Virus record (IMG/VR): IMGVR_UViG_3300041935_000006
Coordinates: 1 to 45,147 of that record
Length of the DNA: 45,147 bases
Source of the DNA: a virus
Direction: 5' to 3' (one strand)
Below, piece after piece: positions 1-7,386 of this stretch. The position numbers were made by a program, and so were the translations under genes. Below the pieces are notes generated by a model. That model did no database searches. It was given only the letters and a program-made list of their open reading frames with translations, and had not been told where the DNA came from. Numbering within the stretch: the first letter of the stretch is position 1; every line of letters starts with the position of its first letter.

Positions 1-127
1 TTGATGATTCAGCACGCACAACCCCCCGCGCGCGCTGTTAGTGAGAGCTCTTCACGTCTGCATCGTCGTCGTCGTCGTCACTATCGTCGTCGTCGTCACC
101 CGGGCCGACCGGGTTCGGGTCGAACAG
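1..127. repeat. Terminal direct repeat, left copy (identical to 45021..45147)
   Basis: Read directly: bases 1-127 (ttgatgattcagcacgcaca...ggttcgggtcgaacag) recur base for base at 45021-45147. The unique sequence is therefore 45020 bp and the window closes on itself. The junction lies inside coding sequence. Confidence 0.95.
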
Positions 128-460
128 CCCGGCCTGCTTTTCGCTCGGCTCCATCGGCCGCGCGGTCACGAGCTCGTTCGTGTCGCCGCGAATGGTGAGC
201 ACCCGACGCGCGGTGTAGTCGCGCTTCTCGTACACGGGCACCTCACGCAACTCGATGCCGGTGCGCACCTCCTCGGCCAGATCTCCGATCACGCGAGAGC
301 TCGCCTTGAGGTCCTTGGAGATCCGCTGCGCCGTGAGCGAGCGCTCGAGCAAGAGACGTTGATTGTTGAGCACCTCGCGCGAGAGCTCGCTCGACTTGAG
401 GGCGCGCTCGGCGTCGGAGAGCTTGCACGGCAACTTTTTCGTGACGGGTGCACCGGACAT
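38..460 (-). CDS. Hypothetical coiled-coil protein with poly-Asp C-terminal tail
   Basis: ATG at 460 follows GAAAGG. Third-position G+C is high. The tail DDDDDSDDDDDD is encoded by (GTC)n runs at 64-97. On the closed circle its stop lies 18 nt upstream of the helicase start. Confidence 0.6.
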   Translation of the reverse strand: MSGAPVTKKLPCKLSDAERALKSSELSREVLNNQRLLLERSLTAQRISKDLKASSRVIGDLAEEVRTGIELREVPVYEKRDYTARRVLTIRGDTNELVTARPMEPSEKQAGLFDPNPVGPGDDDDDSDDDDDDADVKSSH

Positions 461-518
461 GACGAATCGAACCTTTCTCGGCCGGCAGTGCGGCCAAACG
501 ACACGAGAGCGCGCCGAG

Positions 519-1232
519 CTACTCGGCGAACAGCGAAAGGGTATGAGGCCGAGCGAGTCGCGCGGCGGCGACGTCGTATTGCTCGACGAGGGCCTCGGCG
601 CCGACCGAGTTGCGCAGCTCAGAGCGCGCGGCGATCAGCGTCGTGCCACCACCCGCGCACGGGTCGACGACAAGTTGACCGGGCCGCGAGTAGTCGCGCA
701 CGAGCGCTTTCATGGCGTCGGTGCGCTTGCCACCCATGACGACGCGATCACCCTTGCCGGTGAACACGTACGCACCCGGGAGCGTGCCCCACCCCATCAA
801 CACGCGCGGTCGCGCGACGACAAGCCAGCAAGACCAGCTCGACGGCCCATCGCCGAGCAACCGCACGCGAGAGCCTATCTCAACGAGCGGGAGAGGCGCG
901 AACACATAGCGATCAGCGCTCGCGAGCTCGTCGGCCCATGCCGCGGCGAGCGTGTGATCGGTAAGGCTCACGAACCAGCCGCGGGTGCGGTCTGAAAAGA
1001 ACCGCACGCACTCGCGCACGTCGTCGGGTGTCCACGCTGCATAGTTGATCGGCCGCGTGACCTTGCGGTGCCCGTACGCCGGATCGTGGTGCCCATCGTT
1101 GCGCGTGCCGTCGTCGTGACCTGAGTGTGTGCGCGCCGAGTAAGGTGCGTCGGTGATCAGCGCGTCGGGCTCGACGTCGGCGAGCACATCCTGATAGCGG
1201 CCGAGGCGCAGCTCGCACCGTAGCTCGGTCAT
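519..1232 (-). CDS. DNA methyltransferase (N6-adenine/N4-cytosine type, beta-class motif order)
   Basis: Catalytic motif ITDAPYS (DPPY-like) lies N-terminal to the AdoMet motif VVDPCAGGGTTLIAA. Its start overlaps the upstream gene stop as ATGA. Confidence 0.85.
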   Translation of the reverse strand: MTELRCELRLGRYQDVLADVEPDALITDAPYSARTHSGHDDGTRNDGHHDPAYGHRKVTRPINYAAWTPDDVRECVRFFSDRTRGWFVSLTDHTLAAAWADELASADRYVFAPLPLVEIGSRVRLLGDGPSSWSCWLVVARPRVLMGWGTLPGAYVFTGKGDRVVMGGKRTDAMKALVRDYSRPGQLVVDPCAGGGTTLIAARSELRNSVGAEALVEQYDVAAARLARPHTLSLFAE

Positions 1233-1636
1233 GCTTGCACCTTGCCGAACGTCGCGGTGACGAGCTCGCCGACCTTACGCTCAACCTGACCGTACTTCGT
1301 CGCGAGGCGTACCCACTCGGTGCCGGCCTTGTCGGTGTGCGTCTTTTTCGGCCGCGGCTCGGTGCGCAGCTGCGCGCTTACGCCGAGGCTCGTGAGGTAC
1401 GACCGCACCCGGCCGCGGTCGCTGATCTCGTACCCGCGAAAGCCCTCGATGGGTCGCCACTGCTCGTCGGCCGCGGCGAGTGCGTTGCTAATCGCATCGT
1501 CTGTGCTCACGACACCACCAAGTGCACGGGCCGCACCCATGACGGCACGAGCGGCACGAGCCATAGGACACCGCGTTGTGTGAGCCGCACGAATGCCGAC
1601 GCGCGGTGCACGCTCACGATCTGCGCGCCGCACCAT
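1229..1636 (-). CDS. NUMOD4-motif protein (homing-endonuclease-related, catalytic HNH motif not evident)
   Basis: WRPIEGFRGYEISDRGRVRS matches the NUMOD4 pattern. The downstream segment VGELVTATFG sits where HNH_3 proteins carry VHRLVaeaF, and the His is missing. The start is uncertain: third-position G+C is low before about 1540-1564. Confidence 0.55.
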   Translation of the reverse strand: MVRRADRERAPRVGIRAAHTTRCPMARAARAVMGAARALGGVVSTDDAISNALAAADEQWRPIEGFRGYEISDRGRVRSYLTSLGVSAQLRTEPRPKKTHTDKAGTEWVRLATKYGQVERKVGELVTATFGKVQA

Positions 1637-1679
1637 CGCGACTGCACCGCGTCGAACACCGCGACGGGATCGCCGACAC

Positions 1680-1919
1680 TCATCGGCGAGCTCGCGCAGC
1701 GCGACGGGGGCGAGCCTCGAGCGCCTCGGGCACGACGTCGCGAGTCATGCTCGAGATCGCAACCTTGCGGCCGGTCGCGGTGTGCAGTCGCGTCGCCGTC
1801 GCAAGGTTCGCGTTGCCCTCACACGCACGCGCAATCGCGGGCAACGAGACCTCGGCATTGACTGACAGTCGACTGCGCGAACCCCACCCCTCGCGCTCGA
1901 GCCATTCGGTTAGCCTCAT
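1680..1919 (-). CDS. Cro-like small HTH DNA-binding protein
   Basis: 79 aa with an HTH-like segment RLSVNAEVSLPAIARACEGNANLATATRL. It is divergent from a second HTH gene. Its ATG abuts the palindromic promoter/operator at 1917-1946. Confidence 0.7.
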   Translation of the reverse strand: MRLTEWLEREGWGSRSRLSVNAEVSLPAIARACEGNANLATATRLHTATGRKVAISSMTRDVVPEALEARPRRAARARR

Positions 1920-1946
1920 AACGCCGCGTTATAACGCCGCGTGGTG
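1917..1946. promoter_or_regulatory. Palindromic promoter/operator, site 1 (divergent switch)
   Basis: cATAACGCCGCGTTATAACGCCGCGTGGTG. Positions 1926-1946 are an exact 21-mer copy of 3000-3020. The central TTATAA (1929-1934) is itself palindromic. A TTGTAG -35-like hexamer lies 16 nt away on the minus strand. Confidence 0.6.
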
Positions 1947-2618
1947 CGCACTACAAGCGAGAGCGGTGATGCACACGCTGATCGCAAACTTGGTTGCAGG
2001 TTGCAGGCCCTCTCGCGCACACTCCCGCGCATGACCGCGCGACCGCGACCCACTGCACCCCGAAAAGCCAGAAAACCCGCGCAAAACGTAGCCCGACGCG
2101 AGCCCGTATGGCTGAAAGAGGGCGCGCGCTTGAAAGCGATCCTCGCCGAGCGCGGGATCTCTCACTCGGATTTCGCGCGTGAGTGCGGCGTCGCGTACCA
2201 CAACGTGTATCGCTGGACACGCGGGCACGAGTTCACCGAGGACAATCAAGGCATCGCCTGTGCAGTGATCGGCATCAAGCCCGAGGCACTCTCGACGACG
2301 CGGCGCAGTGCATTGCCGGCGATCGAGGCGGCGAAGCGCGCATTCCTCGCTGCGCGGCGACGCGAGCTCGAGGCCGGCGCCGTGCTCGAGGCGTTCAAAG
2401 CCAAGCCTATCGCCGCGTCGCTCACCGCGGCCGATTGGAGCGTGCTCAAGTCGATCCGATTCTTTGACGAGGCGTTGCGACCCTCGGTCGCATTCTTCGA
2501 GGCGGTCGCGTTCGCCCTCAAGGGTGCAATCCGCGTTGACGAGATTGCGGCCGTCGCCGCCGAAAACGCCGAGCTCGACCGCACCCTCGCCCACAAAGGA
2601 TCACTTCCACGTCGCTAG
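1941..2618 (+). CDS. XRE-family HTH regulator (CI-like candidate repressor)
   Basis: HTH segment GISHSDFARECGVAYHNVYRWTRG. GTG 1941 lies 7 nt after the TTATAA -10, the same geometry as site 2, which suggests a leaderless start. An alternative ATG at 2031 has no obvious RBS. Confidence 0.7.
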   Translation: MVRTTSESGDAHADRKLGCRLQALSRTLPRMTARPRPTAPRKARKPAQNVARREPVWLKEGARLKAILAERGISHSDFARECGVAYHNVYRWTRGHEFTEDNQGIACAVIGIKPEALSTTRRSALPAIEAAKRAFLAARRRELEAGAVLEAFKAKPIAASLTAADWSVLKSIRFFDEALRPSVAFFEAVAFALKGAIRVDEIAAVAAENAELDRTLAHKGSLPRR

Positions 2619-2733
2619 TCTCGTCATTTCGCGCACTTTTCGCGTTGCGAGATCCGGCTCACGCTCGTTAGGTTGCGATCTCTCGCGTGCCTCGTTCGGG
2701 TGGGAACGAATTGGCGCGCGAAGTGGGGGACGC

Positions 2734-2967
2734 ATGGCCGACACGTACAGCGCACGAGAGCTCGCACGCGCAGCGGGCTACCTGATCCGCACGATGCCCG
2801 AGGGTGCCGTCACCGAGCGCGTGTATCCGTTCGGCCGCGTGCTCGAGATCGGGCCGGCCGCGACCGACCTCGAGATCGTGCGACACGCTCGCCGTTTTCT
2901 CGCGGTGCCCGTATGCACGCGATCGCCCGGTAAAACAGGCGGATCCGCGAGCGGCGTCGCCCTCTGA
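2734..2967 (+). CDS. Hypothetical protein (77 aa)
   Basis: ATG 2734 follows a G-rich RBS (aagtggggga). Third-position G+C is high. Confidence 0.5.
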   Translation: MADTYSARELARAAGYLIRTMPEGAVTERVYPFGRVLEIGPAATDLEIVRHARRFLAVPVCTRSPGKTGGSASGVAL

Positions 2968-2979
2968 TCGTTAGTTCGC

Positions 2980-3020
2980 TTGCATGGCGTCACAACGCGG
3001 CGTTATAACGCCGCGTGGTG
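2980..3020 (+). promoter_or_regulatory. Promoter/operator, site 2 (TTGCAT-N17-TTATAA, leaderless geometry)
   Basis: TTGCAT at 2980-2985 and TTATAA at 3003-3008. The 30-bp near-perfect palindrome CACAACGCGGCGTTA|TAACGCCGCGTGGTG spans 2991-3020. The ORF start GTG 3015 is 7 nt after the -10. Confidence 0.6.
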
Positions 3021-3704
3021 AGTGCAGCGGCGCATAACGACAACGGGTCGATCTCGATCGACTGCGATGAGTGGATCTCCGACGAGCACGACAACCCGTC
3101 GTGCACGTGTGAGCCATGCGTGCGCGTGCGCTCGAGCGACGAGGCCGAGCGACGTCGACGCGAGGCTCTCACGTGCGGGGGGCTGTTCCCGCTCGCGCAC
3201 GTGTTGCTCGGTGAGGGGTGGGTCGACGAGGACGGCAAGGGGGGCAACGTGGTGGCGCAACCGAGACAAGATGCAGTCGACGTAAAGAGCTTGGCGCAAC
3301 GTGCGCTCGGCGATGTGTTTGAGCAGCTCGAGCGGGTCGGGAGCGCCGGCCGGGAGAAGTGCAGGCCGAGCTCGACGTACTACTCGGCGGCGACGCCCTA
3401 CCCGGCCGAGCACCGGATCAAGCGGCACGAGGCGGTCGAGCTCTTGCGCTGCGCCGAGAACGCTCTCGACTACGCACGGGTTCACCTCGACTACCTCGAG
3501 CGCGACGAGGTGCGGGTGCGCGGGGGGCGCGCCTCGTTGCAGGTCGAGCCCGGTGCGCGTGTGCTCGTCGCCGACGACGAGAACGCGAGCACATGGGCCG
3601 GCGTGCTCGTCGACCTCGGCGAGGGCGAGTCGTGCCGCGTGCGCGACGACGCCGGGCTACTGCACACGCTCGACGTGCGCGACCTGAGAGCGTTCGCCGT
3701 ATGA
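3015..3704 (+). CDS. Hypothetical protein (229 aa)
   Basis: The ORF has no internal Met. A GTG start at 3015 or 3018 lies inside the promoter palindrome. Its stop overlaps the next start as ATGA. Confidence 0.6.
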   Translation: MVSAAAHNDNGSISIDCDEWISDEHDNPSCTCEPCVRVRSSDEAERRRREALTCGGLFPLAHVLLGEGWVDEDGKGGNVVAQPRQDAVDVKSLAQRALGDVFEQLERVGSAGREKCRPSSTYYSAATPYPAEHRIKRHEAVELLRCAENALDYARVHLDYLERDEVRVRGGRASLQVEPGARVLVADDENASTWAGVLVDLGEGESCRVRDDAGLLHTLDVRDLRAFAV

Positions 3705-4042
3705 ATGCCGGCGAAATCGTTGCCCGGCTCGAGAAGATGCGAGGGCAAGATCCGACCATGGTGCAAGGGTCGCTCGCGATCCTGATCGGCGACGTGACGC
3801 GCTCGGCCGAGCTCGCGCTGTACCGCTCGCGACTGCACGACGATCGCACCGTTACGTGCAACACGACGACGCTCTCAATCTGTGACATCCGCGCGTGGTC
3901 GGTCGCCTCGCCGCCGCACCTTGCTTATCCCGAGGTCAACGGCCCGATCACGTACGTCTGGCTGCGCGACGTGCGCGACGCCTTTGTGCTGCGCGGCGAC
4001 TTCTCCGAAAAGCTGAGTGCAGCGGTCGAGGGGCAACCATGA
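3701..4042 (+). CDS. Hypothetical protein (113 aa)
   Basis: ATG 3701 forms an ATGA overlap with the upstream stop. Codon bias looks coding. Confidence 0.6.
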   Translation: MNAGEIVARLEKMRGQDPTMVQGSLAILIGDVTRSAELALYRSRLHDDRTVTCNTTTLSICDIRAWSVASPPHLAYPEVNGPITYVWLRDVRDAFVLRGDFSEKLSAAVEGQP

Positions 4043-4245
4043 TCATCTATTTCCATCGAGACGGGAGTCAGACCATCTCGCGCGCGCTGCGCCGGCTCTC
4101 GAACGAGGACCGTCACCTTGAGTACGACGCGGTGCGAATCGTCGAGGTGCGCGACGACGGCGCGATCATCGTCAAAAAGGACCGATACGGCACGGCAAAC
4201 CGCGAGCTCTTGAGCCCGCTCCCGCTCGGGAGGGTGACGGCGTGA
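4039..4245 (+). CDS. Hypothetical protein (68 aa)
   Basis: ATG 4039 forms an ATGA overlap with the upstream stop. Confidence 0.55.
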   Translation: MIIYFHRDGSQTISRALRRLSNEDRHLEYDAVRIVEVRDDGAIIVKKDRYGTANRELLSPLPLGRVTA

Positions 4246-4598
4246 GCGACCACATCATGACCCGGCGAGTGCCGCCGCTCGTGCTCGTCGAGAGCCCGTA
4301 CAAAGGCAACATCGCACTGAACGTGCGGTACGCGCGCCTCGCCATGCGCGACTGCTTTTTGCGCGGCGAATACCCGTTCGCCTCGCATCTTCTGTACACA
4401 CAGCTCGGCATCCTCGACGACGCGATCCTCGCCGAGCGCGAGCTCGGGATCGCGGCCGGCCTCGCGTGGGGGCGGCATGCCGAGGCGTCGATCGTGTACA
4501 CCGATTGCGGGATCAGCGAGGGCATGCGCTACGGCATCGAGACGGCAAAGGAAGCGGGCCGGCCCGTCGAGCTGCGCCGATTGAAGGGGTGGCCATGA
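4242..4598 (+). CDS. Nucleoside 2-deoxyribosyltransferase-like / DUF4406-like protein (tentative)
   Basis: The pattern VESPYKGN...N..YA......G.PFASHL....L.D....ER..G......W...A....VY.D.GIS.GM..GI..A resembles that small phage family. GTGA overlap at 4242. Confidence 0.4.
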   Translation: MSDHIMTRRVPPLVLVESPYKGNIALNVRYARLAMRDCFLRGEYPFASHLLYTQLGILDDAILAERELGIAAGLAWGRHAEASIVYTDCGISEGMRYGIETAKEAGRPVELRRLKGWP

Positions 4599-5488
4599 AA
4601 CAGACAGTCGTGAAGGTGCCCGGTATCTACTCGGGTCACGAGGTCGACTACAGCGAGATCGACGCGGTGAATCAGTCGACGCTCAAGGCGATCGCGAAGA
4701 GCCCGCTGCACTACCAACACGGGTTGACCCATCCCAAGAAACAAACCAACCCGATGCGCCTCGGCCTCGTCGCGCACACGGCCGTGCTCGAGCCGCACCG
4801 CCTCGACACCGACTTTGCTCTATGGGCACCGGTCGACGAGGACACCGGCGAGATCTTGAAGGATGACTTCAAGGGCAACGTGTACAAAGCGTTTGCCGCG
4901 CGCGCCGAGCTCGAGGGCCGCACCGTGATCAAGCAACGCGACCTCGACACCGCAAAGCGGATCGGCGAGGCGGTGCGCGGCAACGCTCTTGCGATGCGGT
5001 ACCTCAAGAAGGTGCGGGCCGAGCTGATCCTCGTTTGGCGTGATGAGGAAACCGGCATCGTCTGCAAAGCGCGCCTCGATGGTGTGTCGGAGTCGGTGCC
5101 CGACGTGCTCGTCGAGCTCAAGAGCGCGGTCGACGTCGCACCGTGGGCCTTCGAGTCGGCCTTTGCAAAGCGCATGTACCATCTACAGACCGCGTTCTAC
5201 TCCGATGGGTGGAAAGCCTGCACGGGCCGCGAGCTGCACGGCGGCAAGTGCATCGCCGTCGAGAACCTCGAGCCGCACGACGTGATCGTGTACGACCTCG
5301 CCGAGGTGACAGACATCGGGCGCGAGACGAAACGCGAGCTCCTCGGCAAGGTCGCCGAGTGCCGGCGCTCGGGTCTGTGGCTCGGTCAATCGCCGCTCGA
5401 GGAACGAACACTCAGATTGCCGAAGTGGCTCGAACCCGACGACGAGAACACGCTCGACGAGCTCGGCCTCGAGTATGCAAATGGGTGA
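4595..5488 (+). CDS. PD-(D/E)XK exonuclease (RecE/DUF3799-like)
   Basis: Nuclease core ARLDGVSESVPDVLVELKS followed by YHLQTAFY, as in phage PD-(D/E)XK exonucleases. ATGA overlap at 4595. Confidence 0.7.
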   Translation: MKQTVVKVPGIYSGHEVDYSEIDAVNQSTLKAIAKSPLHYQHGLTHPKKQTNPMRLGLVAHTAVLEPHRLDTDFALWAPVDEDTGEILKDDFKGNVYKAFAARAELEGRTVIKQRDLDTAKRIGEAVRGNALAMRYLKKVRAELILVWRDEETGIVCKARLDGVSESVPDVLVELKSAVDVAPWAFESAFAKRMYHLQTAFYSDGWKACTGRELHGGKCIAVENLEPHDVIVYDLAEVTDIGRETKRELLGKVAECRRSGLWLGQSPLEERTLRLPKWLEPDDENTLDELGLEYANG

Positions 5489-6002
5489 GGCGCCGCCACT
5501 CAAGAAACCGCTCGATTGGGACGAGCTTTACCCGGGCCGCTTCCTCAAGGCCGGGCAACTCGGCGAGCGCAAACCCACCCTCACGATCAAGGCCGTCGAG
5601 GTCGACCGGTTGCTCGACGACAAGGGGCAAGAGAAGGTCAAAGGGGTGATCACCTTCAACGAGATCGCCTATCAGCTCGCGCTCAACAAAACGAACGGGT
5701 TGTGTTTGCGCGAGATGTTCGGCCGCGAGCTCGAGAAGTGGGTCGGGCACAAGGTCACGCTGTACCGCTCGGCCGTCGAGTCGGGCTCGCGCAAGGGTGA
5801 GCCCGCGGTGCGTGTGTGGGGGTCACCCGAGCTCGAGGCCGACCGCACCGTCGAGGTCAAGTTGCCGCGCAAACGGCCTATGCAAATGGTCATGCACGCG
5901 GTGAAGGGCCGAGAGGCGACACAACGCGAGGTCGACAAACACCCGACCGAGGGCAAGGCGCCGGGCAACACGAGCGGCGGCGAGCCGCCCCCGTTCGGGT
6001 GA
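5475..6002 (+). CDS. Putative ssDNA-binding-like protein (weak call)
   Basis: It sits between two exonucleases. It has the OB-like core pattern seen in phage DUF669-type proteins (TLTIKAVE...ITFNE...LALNKTN...FG.E...W.G..V.LY). The C-terminal tip GGEPPPFG is reminiscent of SSB tips. Confidence 0.35.
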   Translation: MQMGEAPPLKKPLDWDELYPGRFLKAGQLGERKPTLTIKAVEVDRLLDDKGQEKVKGVITFNEIAYQLALNKTNGLCLREMFGRELEKWVGHKVTLYRSAVESGSRKGEPAVRVWGSPELEADRTVEVKLPRKRPMQMVMHAVKGREATQREVDKHPTEGKAPGNTSGGEPPPFG

Positions 6003-6005
6003 GTC

Positions 6006-6734
6006 GTGTTGCTCGACGGCTCGCTCGCGTGGTGGTCGTACCCGCTCGTCGTGCTCGATTTCGAGACAACAGGCGTCGACCCGGTTGAGTGCATGCCCGT
6101 GAGCGTCGCGGCAATCCGGCTCGAGCACGGCGTCGAGCGCGGCGCCTTTTACTCGTTGCTCCGACCGGGCATCCCGATCCCTCCCGGAGCGACCGAGATC
6201 CACGGCATCACCGACGAGCAGTGCGCCGACGCTCCCGAGCTCGTCGACGTGATGCCGCAACTGTTCGAGCTCGCGCAAGGGGCCGCACCCGTTGCCTACA
6301 ACGGGAGCACGTACGACAAGCTGATCTTTCACCGGTTCATCGTCGGGTCTGACTGTCCGCTTTTCGAGCCGGCGCAAGAATGGATCGACCCGCTCGTCAT
6401 GGTGCGCGCGATCGATCGGTACGTGCGCGGCACGGGCCGGCACAAGCTCTCGGCGACGTGCGAACGTTGGGGGGTGCCCATGCCCGAGGGCGCGGCGCAC
6501 AATGCGCTCGAGGACGTGCGGGCCGTCGGCCGGCTCCTCGCCGAGCTCGTGCGCATTGGCAAGGTGCGCGAGCACGTCACGTTGCGGCGACTGCTCGAGT
6601 ACACCGCGATCAAGCGGGCCGAGCAAAACGTGCAGTTCGAGAAGTACCTCGCGCGCGTCGCCGCCAAAGAGGCGCAAACCGCGATCGATTTCGACAAACT
6701 TGAGGGGGTCCCCGATGGCTGTAGATCTGACTGA
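6006..6734 (+). CDS. DnaQ-like 3'-5' exonuclease (DEDDh)
   Basis: ExoI VVLDFETTG, ExoII-like VAYNGSTYD and ExoIII HNALEDV motifs. Confidence 0.85.
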   Translation: MLLDGSLAWWSYPLVVLDFETTGVDPVECMPVSVAAIRLEHGVERGAFYSLLRPGIPIPPGATEIHGITDEQCADAPELVDVMPQLFELAQGAAPVAYNGSTYDKLIFHRFIVGSDCPLFEPAQEWIDPLVMVRAIDRYVRGTGRHKLSATCERWGVPMPEGAAHNALEDVRAVGRLLAELVRIGKVREHVTLRRLLEYTAIKRAEQNVQFEKYLARVAAKEAQTAIDFDKLEGVPDGCRSD

Positions 6735-7386
6735 AAGCGACACATTCACGGCGACGGTCACCGTGCCAGAGGCCGGCGACGATCGAAAGGCGGCGAGCGT
6801 CGTGCCTGCCTTTCAAGCGCTAGCGAACCGCACCAAAAATCTGAAAGGACGGCTCGACGACTTCCTCGCCGACCCGCACACGTGGGCCGACGATCAGCGG
6901 TTCGACGGTGACATCGTCCTCGGGCCGGGCTCGGTGATCCGTCACGTCGTCGCCGCGCAGCGCAAGATCGTGTTGCCGCTCAAACCTGACTTCCCGACCG
7001 TGAATTGGCTGTTCGCGCCGACACCGACGCCGGTATGGGCATGCGGCTCGACGGCCTCGGCGCTGTTCTTTACGATCGGGCCGGGCATCTTGCCCGACGG
7101 GGGGCAACTCGTGTCCGTGAGCGCGAGCGTCAACACCTCGATCGACGTGACGCTCAAACTCGCACGCATTACGTACGACACCTCGATCGCCGGGAGCGGC
7201 ACCGAGGGCACGGTGCTCACCGACTCGTTTTCGCCGACGGGCACCGAGGAGCACATACTCAACATCGGCGCGTTGAGCGCGCTGATCAACAACGCAACGA
7301 GTCTGTTCCGCATCGCGATCGATCCCGACGCGAGCGGGCCGGGCCTCGCGTTGCAGTGGATCGAGCTCGTCGTCACCGACCCTTGA
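6715..7386 (+). CDS. Tail-fibre-like protein encoded outside the tail module
   Basis: ATG 6715 follows GAGGGGG. The N-terminus ESDTFTATVTVPEAGDDRKAASVVPAFQALANRTKNLKGRLD matches the conserved phage fibre N-terminal pattern (P.dGD..a.sv....LAnRT.yLk). Confidence 0.5.
   Translation: MAVDLTESDTFTATVTVPEAGDDRKAASVVPAFQALANRTKNLKGRLDDFLADPHTWADDQRFDGDIVLGPGSVIRHVVAAQRKIVLPLKPDFPTVNWLFAPTPTPVWACGSTASALFFTIGPGILPDGGQLVSVSASVNTSIDVTLKLARITYDTSIAGSGTEGTVLTDSFSPTGTEEHILNIGALSALINNATSLFRIAIDPDASGPGLALQWIELVVTDP

Noticed and set aside
1-127. Terminal repeats as LTR/IS-type ends of a mobile element, or as att sites
   Set aside because: The repeats are direct and exact, and together they reconstitute uninterrupted genes on a circle. 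No transposase or integrase is present. Assembly overlap or circular permutation explains them better.
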